A stretch of DNA of 64,000 bases, from contig JBLHRR010000013.1 of NCBI GenBank assembly GCA_047626155.1, positions 270-64,269 of the forward strand, read 5' to 3'. The stretch's first letter is position 1. Each line of letters opens with the position of its first letter. This document shows, piece after piece, positions 18,838 to 27,455 of this stretch. This stretch comes from Saprospiraceae bacterium. Lineage in GTDB: Bacteria; Bacteroidota; Bacteroidia; Chitinophagales; Saprospiraceae. Under the pieces are notes generated by a model. The model was not told the origin of the DNA. It made no database searches and worked only from the letters and a program-made list of their open reading frames with translations. A program made the position numbers and the translations under genes.

Positions 18838-21396
18838 ATGAACAATACACCTTTCGGAAAATTCGTCCCGCACCTGATAGCTTACGCCATCTTTATGTGC
18901 ATCTCCTTCGCTTTCTTTTCTCCTTACCTCACTCAAGATAAAGCCCTTACCCAATCGGATAATAGCCGGGCTTATGGAATGCAGGGGGAGTCGACCAAAG
19001 TTTTTAATGAAACTGGAGACTGGCCACTGTGGACCAATTCGCAGTTTGGAGGGATGCCAGCCTTTCAGGTCAAGGGGTCTTACGACAATAATGTCAACAA
19101 ATACCTTTATCGAGCGATGCTTTTATTTCAAGGCATTGTGGACGTACCCTTTGTCATTCTGATGGCGATGTTCTGTTGTTATCTTTTTCTAATAGTACTT
19201 GGCGTGGATTGGCGAATCGGAATAATTGGTGCTATTGCCTTTGGACTCTCTACTTACTTCTGTGATATAGCTGAAGCAGGGCACTCTACCAAAATGGTAG
19301 TGGTAGCCCTGGTACCCGGTTTTTTTGCAGGAGCAGTGTTGGCTTTCCGGCAACGCTACATCATAGGAGGGGTGCTGTTCGGTATCTTTTTATCCATTGG
19401 TATTTTAGCCAACCACGTGCAAATTATTTATTACGCCGCCTTATTGCTGATCATTTTAGGAATTATAGAATTGGTGAAAGCCGTTCGAGGAAATACTTTA
19501 CCCGCTTTCGCTAAATCGGCTGGCGTTCTTGTTGTAGCAGGATTGTTGGCCGTTCTGTCTAATGCTTCAATGCTTTGGACCACTTATGAATACAGTAAAG
19601 AAACCATCCGTGGTAAATCAGAATTGGCCTCCAACGCAAAAAAAGGAGACGGTCTGGATAAGGAATATATCTGGCAGTGGAGTTATGGGATCAAAGAGTC
19701 AATGACATTCTTGGTTCATAATATTAATGGGGGAGGAGCTTCACACAATATGAGTGGAACGGAATTTCACAAGAGGCAGGCTCCAGGCCAAATTCAGCAA
19801 TTGACACAACAAGGTTATCCTATTGATGCCGCGAAAAAAGCGGCAGGACAATCCATTGCTTCCGTCTTCTATTATGGTGATCAACCCTTTGTTGGAACGG
19901 CAATTTACTTTGGTGCGGTTATCCTATTTTTCTTTTTTGTAGGATTAGTGTTGGTCCCTGGGACTGTGAAATGGTGGTTGGCGATTTCGGCCTTCTTCTC
20001 CTTGAGTATCGCCTGGGGTGGTAACTTTCCACTCAATAATTTTTTAGTGGATTACTTCCCAATGTTTAATAAATTTCGTGCAGTTTCCATGGCATTGGGC
20101 CTAACCCATCTTTGTGTTATCGCACTATCTGTTTTAGGATTGCAGGAACTACTCAATCAAAAAAGATCAACAGCGGATCGACAGAAAGCCATGTATATCG
20201 CTTTGGGAATTACCGGAGCATGGTGCCTTTTTGCCTTGATGTTGAGTGGAGGGGATTTGGGGAACCCGGCGAAAGATGGTCGCTATCCAGCTACTATGCT
20301 GGACTTGATTAAAGGGGATCGTGCAAGTATGATACAAGCAGATGCTTTTAAAGCATTGGTTTATATTTTGATTTGCGCTGCTTTGGTTTGGGCTTACCTC
20401 AAAGGAAAAATCAAAGCTATTGTATTAGTCGGCCTTGTAGGTTTTTTGGTATTAACAGACAGTTGGTCGGCATCCAAAAGAATCATCTATGCCGAAAAAT
20501 ATGAACAAAAAATAGAAAACCCAAGACAACGAACAATGGGTGCTGTAGATGAACAGATTCTGAAGACGGAAAAGGATATTCATTATCGGGTACTAGATTT
20601 ACGAGCTAATCCTTTTACCTCAACAGACGCGTCTTATTTTCATAAAAGTCTCGGTGGTTATCATGCTGCTAAGCTGATGCGTTATCAGGAAGTAATAGAA
20701 CGTTACCTCAGTAAGCCTGGTGAAAATATGCACATCATTGGCATGCTCAATGGTAAATATATCATCCAAAATCAGGGAGGAACCACTCGGGCAATACCGG
20801 TTCCGGAGGCTTTAGGAAATGCCTGGTTTGTAAATAACTATAAAGTTGTTGAAAATGGAGATGCAGAAATTGCAGCATTGGGATCTTTAAAACCAGCCAC
20901 TGAAGCCGTTGTTCAAAAACAATATGCTTCCGCATTGGAAGGTTTACAAATTCAACCTGATCCTTCGGCTACTATAAGTCTGACGAGTTACCACCCTGAT
21001 AAAATGGCCTACAGTTACAATACCAATTCTGAACAACTGGTGGTCTTCTCAGAAATTTTTTACCCGCCTTCCAAAGGTTGGAACCTGTATCTTGATGGAA
21101 CAGATACTAAAGTGGAGATCATCAAAGCCGATTATTTGCTTCGTGCAGCACGGCTTCCTGCAGGAAAGCATAGCTTGGAAATGCGCTTTGAACCAAAGTC
21201 GTTTTATGTTGGAGAAACGCTGAGTTTGATTTCTTCCTTGTTGTTGTTATTAGGTGGAATTGGCGGAATATTTCTGTTCTTTAAAAACAATACTATTCCG
21301 GATGTCAATCGGTTTGGAGAAGAAGTATTGGTAGCGCCGAAACAGAAAGTGAAGAAGACGGAATCGACGAAGGCTAAGAAGAAGGGGAAGAAGTAA
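18838..21396 (+). CDS. YfhO-family polytopic membrane protein (putative glycosyltransferase)
   Basis: 852 aa with many hydrophobic segments. The N-terminal region (LWTNSQFGGMPAFQV) resembles Bacteroidetes YfhO proteins as I recall them. Lys-rich C-terminal tail. Confidence 0.65.
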   Translation: MNNTPFGKFVPHLIAYAIFMCISFAFFSPYLTQDKALTQSDNSRAYGMQGESTKVFNETGDWPLWTNSQFGGMPAFQVKGSYDNNVNKYLYRAMLLFQGIVDVPFVILMAMFCCYLFLIVLGVDWRIGIIGAIAFGLSTYFCDIAEAGHSTKMVVVALVPGFFAGAVLAFRQRYIIGGVLFGIFLSIGILANHVQIIYYAALLLIILGIIELVKAVRGNTLPAFAKSAGVLVVAGLLAVLSNASMLWTTYEYSKETIRGKSELASNAKKGDGLDKEYIWQWSYGIKESMTFLVHNINGGGASHNMSGTEFHKRQAPGQIQQLTQQGYPIDAAKKAAGQSIASVFYYGDQPFVGTAIYFGAVILFFFFVGLVLVPGTVKWWLAISAFFSLSIAWGGNFPLNNFLVDYFPMFNKFRAVSMALGLTHLCVIALSVLGLQELLNQKRSTADRQKAMYIALGITGAWCLFALMLSGGDLGNPAKDGRYPATMLDLIKGDRASMIQADAFKALVYILICAALVWAYLKGKIKAIVLVGLVGFLVLTDSWSASKRIIYAEKYEQKIENPRQRTMGAVDEQILKTEKDIHYRVLDLRANPFTSTDASYFHKSLGGYHAAKLMRYQEVIERYLSKPGENMHIIGMLNGKYIIQNQGGTTRAIPVPEALGNAWFVNNYKVVENGDAEIAALGSLKPATEAVVQKQYASALEGLQIQPDPSATISLTSYHPDKMAYSYNTNSEQLVVFSEIFYPPSKGWNLYLDGTDTKVEIIKADYLLRAARLPAGKHSLEMRFEPKSFYVGETLSLISSLLLLLGGIGGIFLFFKNNTIPDVNRFGEEVLVAPKQKVKKTESTKAKKKGKK

Positions 21397-21471
21397 GTAT
21401 ATGGCTCTTTTTCTATTTTAATTTAATATTGAAGAGAATGGTTTACCTTAAGGCGGGACAAAAGTTCCGTC

Positions 21472-22026
21472 TTAAGATAAACTCTCCTTCAAATACTTCA
21501 CAGCTACGCCGTCTGTAAGCCAAACATTATTGTCAGAAACGAAAAAGTCAAAACCATCCCGATACATTTCCTCCGCTAACACTTCAAGAATGACGACTTT
21601 CCCATGTCGTTTCCCAACGCTGGTAGCCGTGTCTAAATCCGCACTTAAGTGAACATGATGCCTATTCCTTTTCCCCAAACCTGTAGTAAAAATACTGTCG
21701 ATGAAACGCTGAGCGGTACCGTGGTATAAAATATTAGGAGGTTGCTGTGGCTGATAGCCTAAGTTGATGGAAAGGGAGTGGCCTTGATTGGCTCTGATTC
21801 GATTGGTTTCTGAATCTATGGCGTATCGCTTTTTATTATTGTTAGCGACAATATACTCAAGGGTTTCGCGATCAATGGATTTTCCGTGATCATTCATTTT
21901 CTCAAGTAGGGTAGGGATGTTTGTCCAACCCTGTTCATCTAATTCTATCCCGATTTCCTCGGGCTTATGTCTTAATATATAACGGAGAAATTTTCCTAAG
22001 CGGAATAGTTGTTTTTCGTTTTTCAT
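21472..22026 (-). CDS. kptA: RNA 2'-phosphotransferase (Tpt1/KptA family)
   Basis: 184 aa. LGKFLRYILRHKPEEIGIELDEQGWTNIPTLL and RIRANQGHS, HGT, HVHLS are characteristic KptA motifs. Confidence 0.85.
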   Translation of the reverse strand: MKNEKQLFRLGKFLRYILRHKPEEIGIELDEQGWTNIPTLLEKMNDHGKSIDRETLEYIVANNNKKRYAIDSETNRIRANQGHSLSINLGYQPQQPPNILYHGTAQRFIDSIFTTGLGKRNRHHVHLSADLDTATSVGKRHGKVVILEVLAEEMYRDGFDFFVSDNNVWLTDGVAVKYLKESLS

Positions 22027-22105
22027 GTCAGAATAACACGAGTTAGTTTTTTATGGTTCCCCAAAAAAAAGAGAATTTCGAACCTTGTAAGTAAAGGAAA
22101 TTAAC

Positions 22106-22168
22106 GTTGCGCTCTCTTTGCGCTCTCTTTGCGCTCGTTGCGGTAAAAAATAAAATTGGCGGAACGCC
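22106..22168 (-). repeat. ACCGCAA-type repeat (tandem TTTGCGCTCTC units + GGCGGAACGCC hairpin)
   Basis: The reverse complement reads GGCGTTCCGCC-AATTTTATTTTTTACCGCAACGAGCGCAAAGAGAGCGCAAAG. This is homologous to 26098-26140 on the + strand. Confidence 0.6.
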
Positions 22169-22182
22169 AACCCCTCAACCTC

Positions 22183-22572
22183 TCAAACAAAATCCTGATC
22201 ATCCCACTCTTTACGCAGCTTCTTAAACTCCCGTAATTCCAACTCATCTTCTGGTAAGGCTAAAGGTTCCGATGGGGCTGCTCCCCGAATTCGCCTCTGT
22301 CTGTTCATCTCTTTTTCCATTTCCTCCTCTTCCCATTTAGAACTCATCTTACCACCAGGTAATCCAAAAACAGATAAGTAATGAATGGCAATACTAATGC
22401 CCCAGGGAAGCATCGGGTAAAAGAACCAAAGGTCTCCATCATAGTTTAGAATATTCATGATGAAGAAAAAGAGAAACAGCGTAAAATAGACCCCAAGGTG
22501 GGAATAGAAGCCTTTTTTAGCTCTGACCTTCTTCTTTGCTTTGCGATAAATTTCTTCTTCAGTATAGCCCAT
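22183..22572 (-). CDS. 2TM-domain membrane protein
   Basis: 129 aa. A basic N-terminus is followed by two hydrophobic helices (GFYSHLGVYFTLFLFFFIMNIL, LPWGISIAIHYLSVFG) and then an acidic tail. Confidence 0.55.
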   Translation of the reverse strand: MGYTEEEIYRKAKKKVRAKKGFYSHLGVYFTLFLFFFIMNILNYDGDLWFFYPMLPWGISIAIHYLSVFGLPGGKMSSKWEEEEMEKEMNRQRRIRGAAPSEPLALPEDELELREFKKLRKEWDDQDFV

Positions 22573-22748
22573 AAATTGAATAACGTGTGGTGAAATAATA
22601 ATATAGCGGGTGTAAATTTTTCGTGAAAAATCAGAAAATTAAATATAAGCTTTAATATACAAGCTTGTAATATAAATAGATAAACATGATTTCCTTTGGG
22701 AAATACAGCTAAAAATGAACGACCATTCAATTGCTATTCATCCAAAGA

Positions 22749-23099
22749 CTACCGAAAGCCCCATCTGCCAAGGCTTCCTGTCAAAGTAGCCATTCCACCG
22801 ACGAGACCACCTATTAGCGCGGTTACCAGTATTAGCATTTTACCGTCTACTCCTAATCCTTCTGGAATTTCAGCCATGCGCGCAGATAGAATACCAGCTG
22901 ATTCCATATCAAGGTAAAAGGCATAACCACCCCACAAAATTGCAATAGCTAAAAAGCCAGTGAGAAAACTGCCAAAGCCTTTCATTCCAGCTACTCCGCC
23001 AATGAGAAAACAAACAATAGTCATAACCCACCAAGGGAAGTAAAATTGAGCTAAAGCTGATAGTCCGGCGATGCTTAATAAAGTTAGTATGAATTTCAT
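22749..23099 (-). CDS. small polytopic membrane protein, unknown function
   Basis: 116 aa with four hydrophobic, Gly-rich segments. No recognisable family. Confidence 0.5.
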   Translation of the reverse strand: MKFILTLLSIAGLSALAQFYFPWWVMTIVCFLIGGVAGMKGFGSFLTGFLAIAILWGGYAFYLDMESAGILSARMAEIPEGLGVDGKMLILVTALIGGLVGGMATLTGSLGRWGFR

Positions 23100-23130
23100 T
23101 TTGTAATAGTATTGTTGTAGATAAAATAGT

Positions 23131-25563
23131 TTATTTCAAATCGATTTGGTATAAAGCTCGTTCTCCCAATTCCTCAGCTTGTTCCACAAACAGGAGTTTA
23201 TAATAATCTCCATTCGCCCAGTCTTTTATCATATTGTCATAATAGATAGAACCAGGATTCCCAGACTGTCCGCCTGGGTAAATACCGAAAGCTTCCAGTT
23301 CTTCTCCAAAGGAAACAACCATACGCCAGGAAGGGCCAAATCCATTTGGGTTCATAGCGTTCAAGGCATTTGGAGAGCCACCGATGGAAATATTTTCAGC
23401 ACCAAAAAAATGCCCCTGAGTTAAGTGCTTGATTTTTACGTTTTGCTGATCGTGCCACAGCAAAGATTCTTTTGCATCCTCTTTTTTTGAAATGTTGGTA
23501 CACATGATCTTAAAAGCTTTATTGACAACCGCTTTTGCATTTTCTTTCTCTGGCGTATTCTTAATGTCAAAGAATTCATTGTTGGGAGCATCTGCGAGTA
23601 AAGCAATGGTGCGCCATTCTTCTGGTACTAAAATATCCTTTCCCTTTTTAAGCGCTTCCATCTCATCCCAGGTCATTTTATAAAAAGAATTAAACCATTG
23701 TTCAAATAAGACAGGAGCGGTAGAATTTGGACTATAGCGATAATCCCATTGGGTGAGTTGTCTCAGATAATCTCGTTCCCACTCATCCAAATTAGTCCGA
23801 TCGATGAGAGGCAGCATGATTTCCAGTGCTTCTTTAGCTTTTAATGAAAAAGTATTGCTTTGCAAATCCATCATATCCTTAGGAATGATATTATCCATTT
23901 TTTCAAGAAAGCTATTCAGCGCTCGGCCCCGATAATCTTCAAATTGACCATTATAATAATAAGGGTAATCTTTTCCCGTAGATCGCTGATTAGCGGAAGC
24001 AACAAAACCACGTTTCGGATTTTTCACTTTGGGGTTGTGCGCCTCAGGTATAAAGCCCTGCCAATCGTTGCTGCTTTTGCTACCATCCTGAATGAAACGC
24101 CCTTGGGTATTTCTTTTAATTGGAAAACGACCTTGTACCTTCAACGCAATGTCTCCTTCTCTGCTTGCAAAGACAAAATTCTGAGCTGGTACTGCGTATG
24201 GTTTTAAAGCTACGGCATAATCGTCATAGTTTTTGGCTTTGTTTAGGTTGTTGATCACTTCTATTTCAGAAGCTTCCGGTTCGAAATGAGCCATCCAGCG
24301 CATGGCGAGATCTTGTTTCGCATGTCCCTTTGATTCATAAACGACAGGTCCCCAAACAGTATATTTCACGGTATCATATACAACTCCTTGTCCCTTTATT
24401 TCATAGCGCTCCACTACTTTATCTACCGCCATTAATTTTCCATCATAAAAATAAGATTCCTTCTTGGCCTCTGCCCAGTTAATGGTATACCAATCGAGAA
24501 CGTCATGAGCGACATTGGTCATTCCCCAAGCAATATCTTTATTGAAACCGATCATTACACCAGGAACACCCGGAAGGCTTACGCCATATACGTTTAGTCC
24601 CGGACTGTGCAGTTGTACTTCATACCAAACAGAAGGCAAGGTCAACGGCAAATGCGGGTCGTTACAAAGAATGGGGCCTTTTGTGTTGGTTTTGCTACCG
24701 GCCACCGCCCAATTATTACTACCAATACCGTCAGGCATCTGTGTACCTTCTCGGCGGGGTAGTGGAAGCTGGCTAAGAGTTGAGTTTATAATACTGTCTT
24801 GTAATTGTTGTTTGAAATTCCATTTAATCTCCGCTGGAATGACAGGGGATTCTTTTGGATTATTATCTGAGTATAATAAATCAAAAGTTTCCTGTCCGAA
24901 ATGAGCCAGTGTATTAGTCGCTTCTAAATCCATATTTCGGATACAAAGCGTTTGCGCCATGTTTTTCAGCATCAGACTCGTTTTCAGCGGAGTCCATGTT
25001 TCAGGGCTATAGTCGAGTAATTTGAATTCAACTGGATAATCCTTAGGCTTTAGTTTATTGATATAAGCATTAACCCCGGCGGTATAAGCCTCCAGCTTGG
25101 CAAAAGCAGCAGGTGATTCCTTCCAGACTTTCAAAGTGTTCGTTGCAGCATAGACCATACCCAGCCTTCGTTGATCCTTATCTGTTGATAAAGTAACATC
25201 CCCAAATATTTCTGATAATCGCCCTGCAGCTTTTCTACTGGCTAGGTCCATTTGGAACAAACGATGTTGAGCGGTAATATACCCTTGAGCGAAATATGCA
25301 TCTTTTTCATTTTGTGCAAAAATGTGAGGGACAAGCCGGTCATCGAGGGTAATTTTCACTGGTTCATTTAAACCGGCCAAATCGTAAGATTCGGACGGAT
25401 ATTTTGTTTGCTCTCCATTTTGCCAAAAACCAGTAAAGGGATTTAAGAGGTTTCCTAAGGGAGGTATGCTAGGGTTTTGAGGATTAGGGCGAATAGAGTT
25501 ACTTAATAGCCAGATAAGAGCGACGGTTATGGCAAGACTGAGGAAAAATAGGAAGCTGCGCAT
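23131..25563 (-). CDS. penicillin acylase-family Ntn hydrolase (possible acyl-homoserine-lactone acylase)
   Basis: 810 aa. It has a signal/anchor sequence and the autoprocessing/nucleophile context GIGSNNWAVAGSKT followed by NDPHL, as in S45-family acylases. Confidence 0.85.
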   Translation of the reverse strand: MRSFLFFLSLAITVALIWLLSNSIRPNPQNPSIPPLGNLLNPFTGFWQNGEQTKYPSESYDLAGLNEPVKITLDDRLVPHIFAQNEKDAYFAQGYITAQHRLFQMDLASRKAAGRLSEIFGDVTLSTDKDQRRLGMVYAATNTLKVWKESPAAFAKLEAYTAGVNAYINKLKPKDYPVEFKLLDYSPETWTPLKTSLMLKNMAQTLCIRNMDLEATNTLAHFGQETFDLLYSDNNPKESPVIPAEIKWNFKQQLQDSIINSTLSQLPLPRREGTQMPDGIGSNNWAVAGSKTNTKGPILCNDPHLPLTLPSVWYEVQLHSPGLNVYGVSLPGVPGVMIGFNKDIAWGMTNVAHDVLDWYTINWAEAKKESYFYDGKLMAVDKVVERYEIKGQGVVYDTVKYTVWGPVVYESKGHAKQDLAMRWMAHFEPEASEIEVINNLNKAKNYDDYAVALKPYAVPAQNFVFASREGDIALKVQGRFPIKRNTQGRFIQDGSKSSNDWQGFIPEAHNPKVKNPKRGFVASANQRSTGKDYPYYYNGQFEDYRGRALNSFLEKMDNIIPKDMMDLQSNTFSLKAKEALEIMLPLIDRTNLDEWERDYLRQLTQWDYRYSPNSTAPVLFEQWFNSFYKMTWDEMEALKKGKDILVPEEWRTIALLADAPNNEFFDIKNTPEKENAKAVVNKAFKIMCTNISKKEDAKESLLWHDQQNVKIKHLTQGHFFGAENISIGGSPNALNAMNPNGFGPSWRMVVSFGEELEAFGIYPGGQSGNPGSIYYDNMIKDWANGDYYKLLFVEQAEELGERALYQIDLK

Positions 25564-26004
25564 GTAAGGAAGTTTAGGTTTCTTTTAGTGTGTTTGGCAT
25601 AGATCAATGCTTTTAGTGGCATCGAATTATGAATTTTGTATGTATAAATTGACTTCCTTGGTATAGAAAGTACTTTATGTGACAGCAAAATAGGGCAATA
25701 AATGGAATTTCCTAAGACTAAACTCTAAAAAGAACGTGATAGAAAAAAAATAATGCATTTATATCGATTTACGAACTTTTGGCCTTAAATTTGAAAATAG
25801 ATAGATCATACGACGCGATGTATGTGGAAAATTATTAAACAATTTAATTCACTAACTTAGAAACATTCGATTCTGGAGCCTCGTTAAAAGAATAGAGGTG
25901 GTTTGGTGGATTTGTGACAGCATTCTTTTTTACAATATGATATATAAGACAGACTTTGTTCTGTTTTTAAAGATAGTTTTTGTGTTTATTTGTTTGGGTT
26001 AGAG

Positions 26005-26040
26005 ACCCTTGCTTTTCTAAAGCAAGGGTTTTCTTTTTTT
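26005..26040 (+). terminator. strong intrinsic terminator in an otherwise gene-free gap
   Basis: ACCCTTGCT (26005-26013) pairs with AGCAAGGGT (26021-26029), followed by TTTTCTTTTTTT. Confidence 0.75.
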
Positions 26041-26097
26041 GTATTGGGAGGTAATTTGGGGCAATAAATGATTTCATTTGGTGATAGCCAGTAAATT

Positions 26098-26200
26098 GGC
26101 GCTCCGCCAAGCATATTTTTTTACCGCAAAGGCGAAAAGAAACGCCATAAAGAAACTTTCCAGGAATTTAATGTTGCGAACCTTTGTGTTTTTGCGGTAA
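26098..26200 (+). repeat. ACCGCAA-type repeat forming an 80-nt hairpin
   Basis: A GGCGCTCCGCC hairpin lies at 26098-26108. TTACCGCAAA (26121-26130) is the exact complement of TTTGCGGTAA (26191-26200). An inner GGCG..CGCC hairpin is also present. Confidence 0.65.
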
Positions 26201-26346
26201 GATTGATTCATTCGTTTTGCTCTGCGGCCTCTGACTGAGTAATCCGGATAAGCTATTTCAGTATTATAATACGATAGTGAGAAGTTGATAATGAAATACG
26301 TTAGAAGGGTTGCGCTTAGGTATTCAATTCAATTACACATTAAAAT

Positions 26347-26382
26347 AAAAAAGCCCGATTGACTTAATCAATCGGGCTTTTT
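26347..26382 (-). terminator. intrinsic terminator of the DUF1573 gene
   Basis: AAGCCCGATTG (26351-26361) pairs with CAATCGGGCTT (26369-26379), flanked by an A-run and a T-run. Confidence 0.8.
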
Positions 26383-26400
26383 ACAAGAAACAAGTGGAAA

Positions 26401-26886
26401 TTACTTCCCTCCCTGTGGAGACAAAATACTAGGCTCGCTTGTAGGCAATGCAGCAGGTTCAGCTGTTCTTTTCAAAACAGTTCCTCTGATTGTCAATACA
26501 CGACTCTGGCCACTTGGCTCATTCGTAGAAACAGTTACTTTCTTTACGAAAGGCTTTCCACTATCACGTTTAGTGTCGTAGCGTACTTTGATTTCAGCTG
26601 ATTCTCCTGGGAAAATTGGCTCTTTTGGATACTCAGGAATGGTACATCCACAACTTCCTTTTGCATGAGTGATCTGAAGTGGTTCGTTACCTGTATTTTT
26701 AAAGGCAAAAGATCGATAAGGATCAGAATTGTATTCAATGGTACCGTAATCAACCTCTGTTGTTTCGAATTCCATTACTGGTCCGTCAGTTGATGGAGTT
26801 GGAGCAGCTGCTTCTGTAGCTGTTTGGGCACTAAGGGTTCCAAGAGTTAAAGTGAAAGCCATTAGTAAAGACAATAAGTTTTTCAT
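26401..26886 (-). CDS. DUF1573-domain secreted protein
   Basis: 161 aa. It has a signal peptide and VDYGTIEYNSDPYRSFAFKNTGNEPLQITHAKGSCGCT, the pattern I associate with DUF1573. Confidence 0.7.
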   Translation of the reverse strand: MKNLLSLLMAFTLTLGTLSAQTATEAAAPTPSTDGPVMEFETTEVDYGTIEYNSDPYRSFAFKNTGNEPLQITHAKGSCGCTIPEYPKEPIFPGESAEIKVRYDTKRDSGKPFVKKVTVSTNEPSGQSRVLTIRGTVLKRTAEPAALPTSEPSILSPQGGK

Positions 26887-27131
26887 TTAAAATATAATTT
26901 AAAGTTCATGAATTAGTGAAGTATTTCAAGGGACTTATACCCACGAATGAAATTGTAGTAAAACAAATTGGCATCTATATAAAAGCCTTTTGTATCATCT
27001 TACAAACAAAAGTAGGGATAATAATGCCAAATTTAAAGGATTCTAAGGGTAATTTCAGTTAATGATTCGTTAACAGTTATGCAGAAATTGGCCGAAATTT
27101 TTTATATTTTTGCAATTAAATTAGAGTTTAT

Positions 27132-27276
27132 GTCTAGAGATTTAGTGTCGGAACCAAAAAGAGATTTTTGGGCTAACCGATAAACGCACGGAACCTAATA
27201 GCTTTAGTTATTAAGGGGAGTAGCTGAGCACAGTTGGCCTAAAAAGGTCATTGGGGCTCCATCTAAATCTCTAGTC
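27132..27276 (+). other. candidate structured RNA / 5' leader upstream of the E1 dehydrogenase gene
   Basis: A 12-bp closing stem pairs CTAGAGATTTAG (27134-27145) with CTAAATCTCTAG (27263-27274). An internal hairpin CCAAAAA-GAGA-TTTTTGG lies at 27154-27171. It is preceded by a TAnnTTTG-type -7 box (TATTTTTG, 27105-27112). Confidence 0.3.
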
Positions 27277-27455
27277 ATCAGCGCTAAACCATCAAAGTCG
27301 GAACAATACTGCCTAGGAGGTAGTTATAATATAGTACCATTTAAAGTTGTTTGATCAGTATTGGCTGATTATCACTTTTACGGTTGTTTTCCAATTGGAG
27401 TTGGTCATCCTTACCAAGTGACTAGAAATAACAGTCGTAAAACAAAACCTTTTTT

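Noticed and set aside
27132-27276. TPP riboswitch or RNase P/SRP RNA upstream of the TPP-dependent E1 gene.
   Set aside because: I could not find the TPP-riboswitch core (CUGAGA ... ACCUGAUCUGGAUAAUGCCAGCG-like). Only a chance GGGCTCC resembles RNase P. The size and the remaining sequence do not fit RNase P, SRP or tmRNA. It is kept only as an unclassified candidate.
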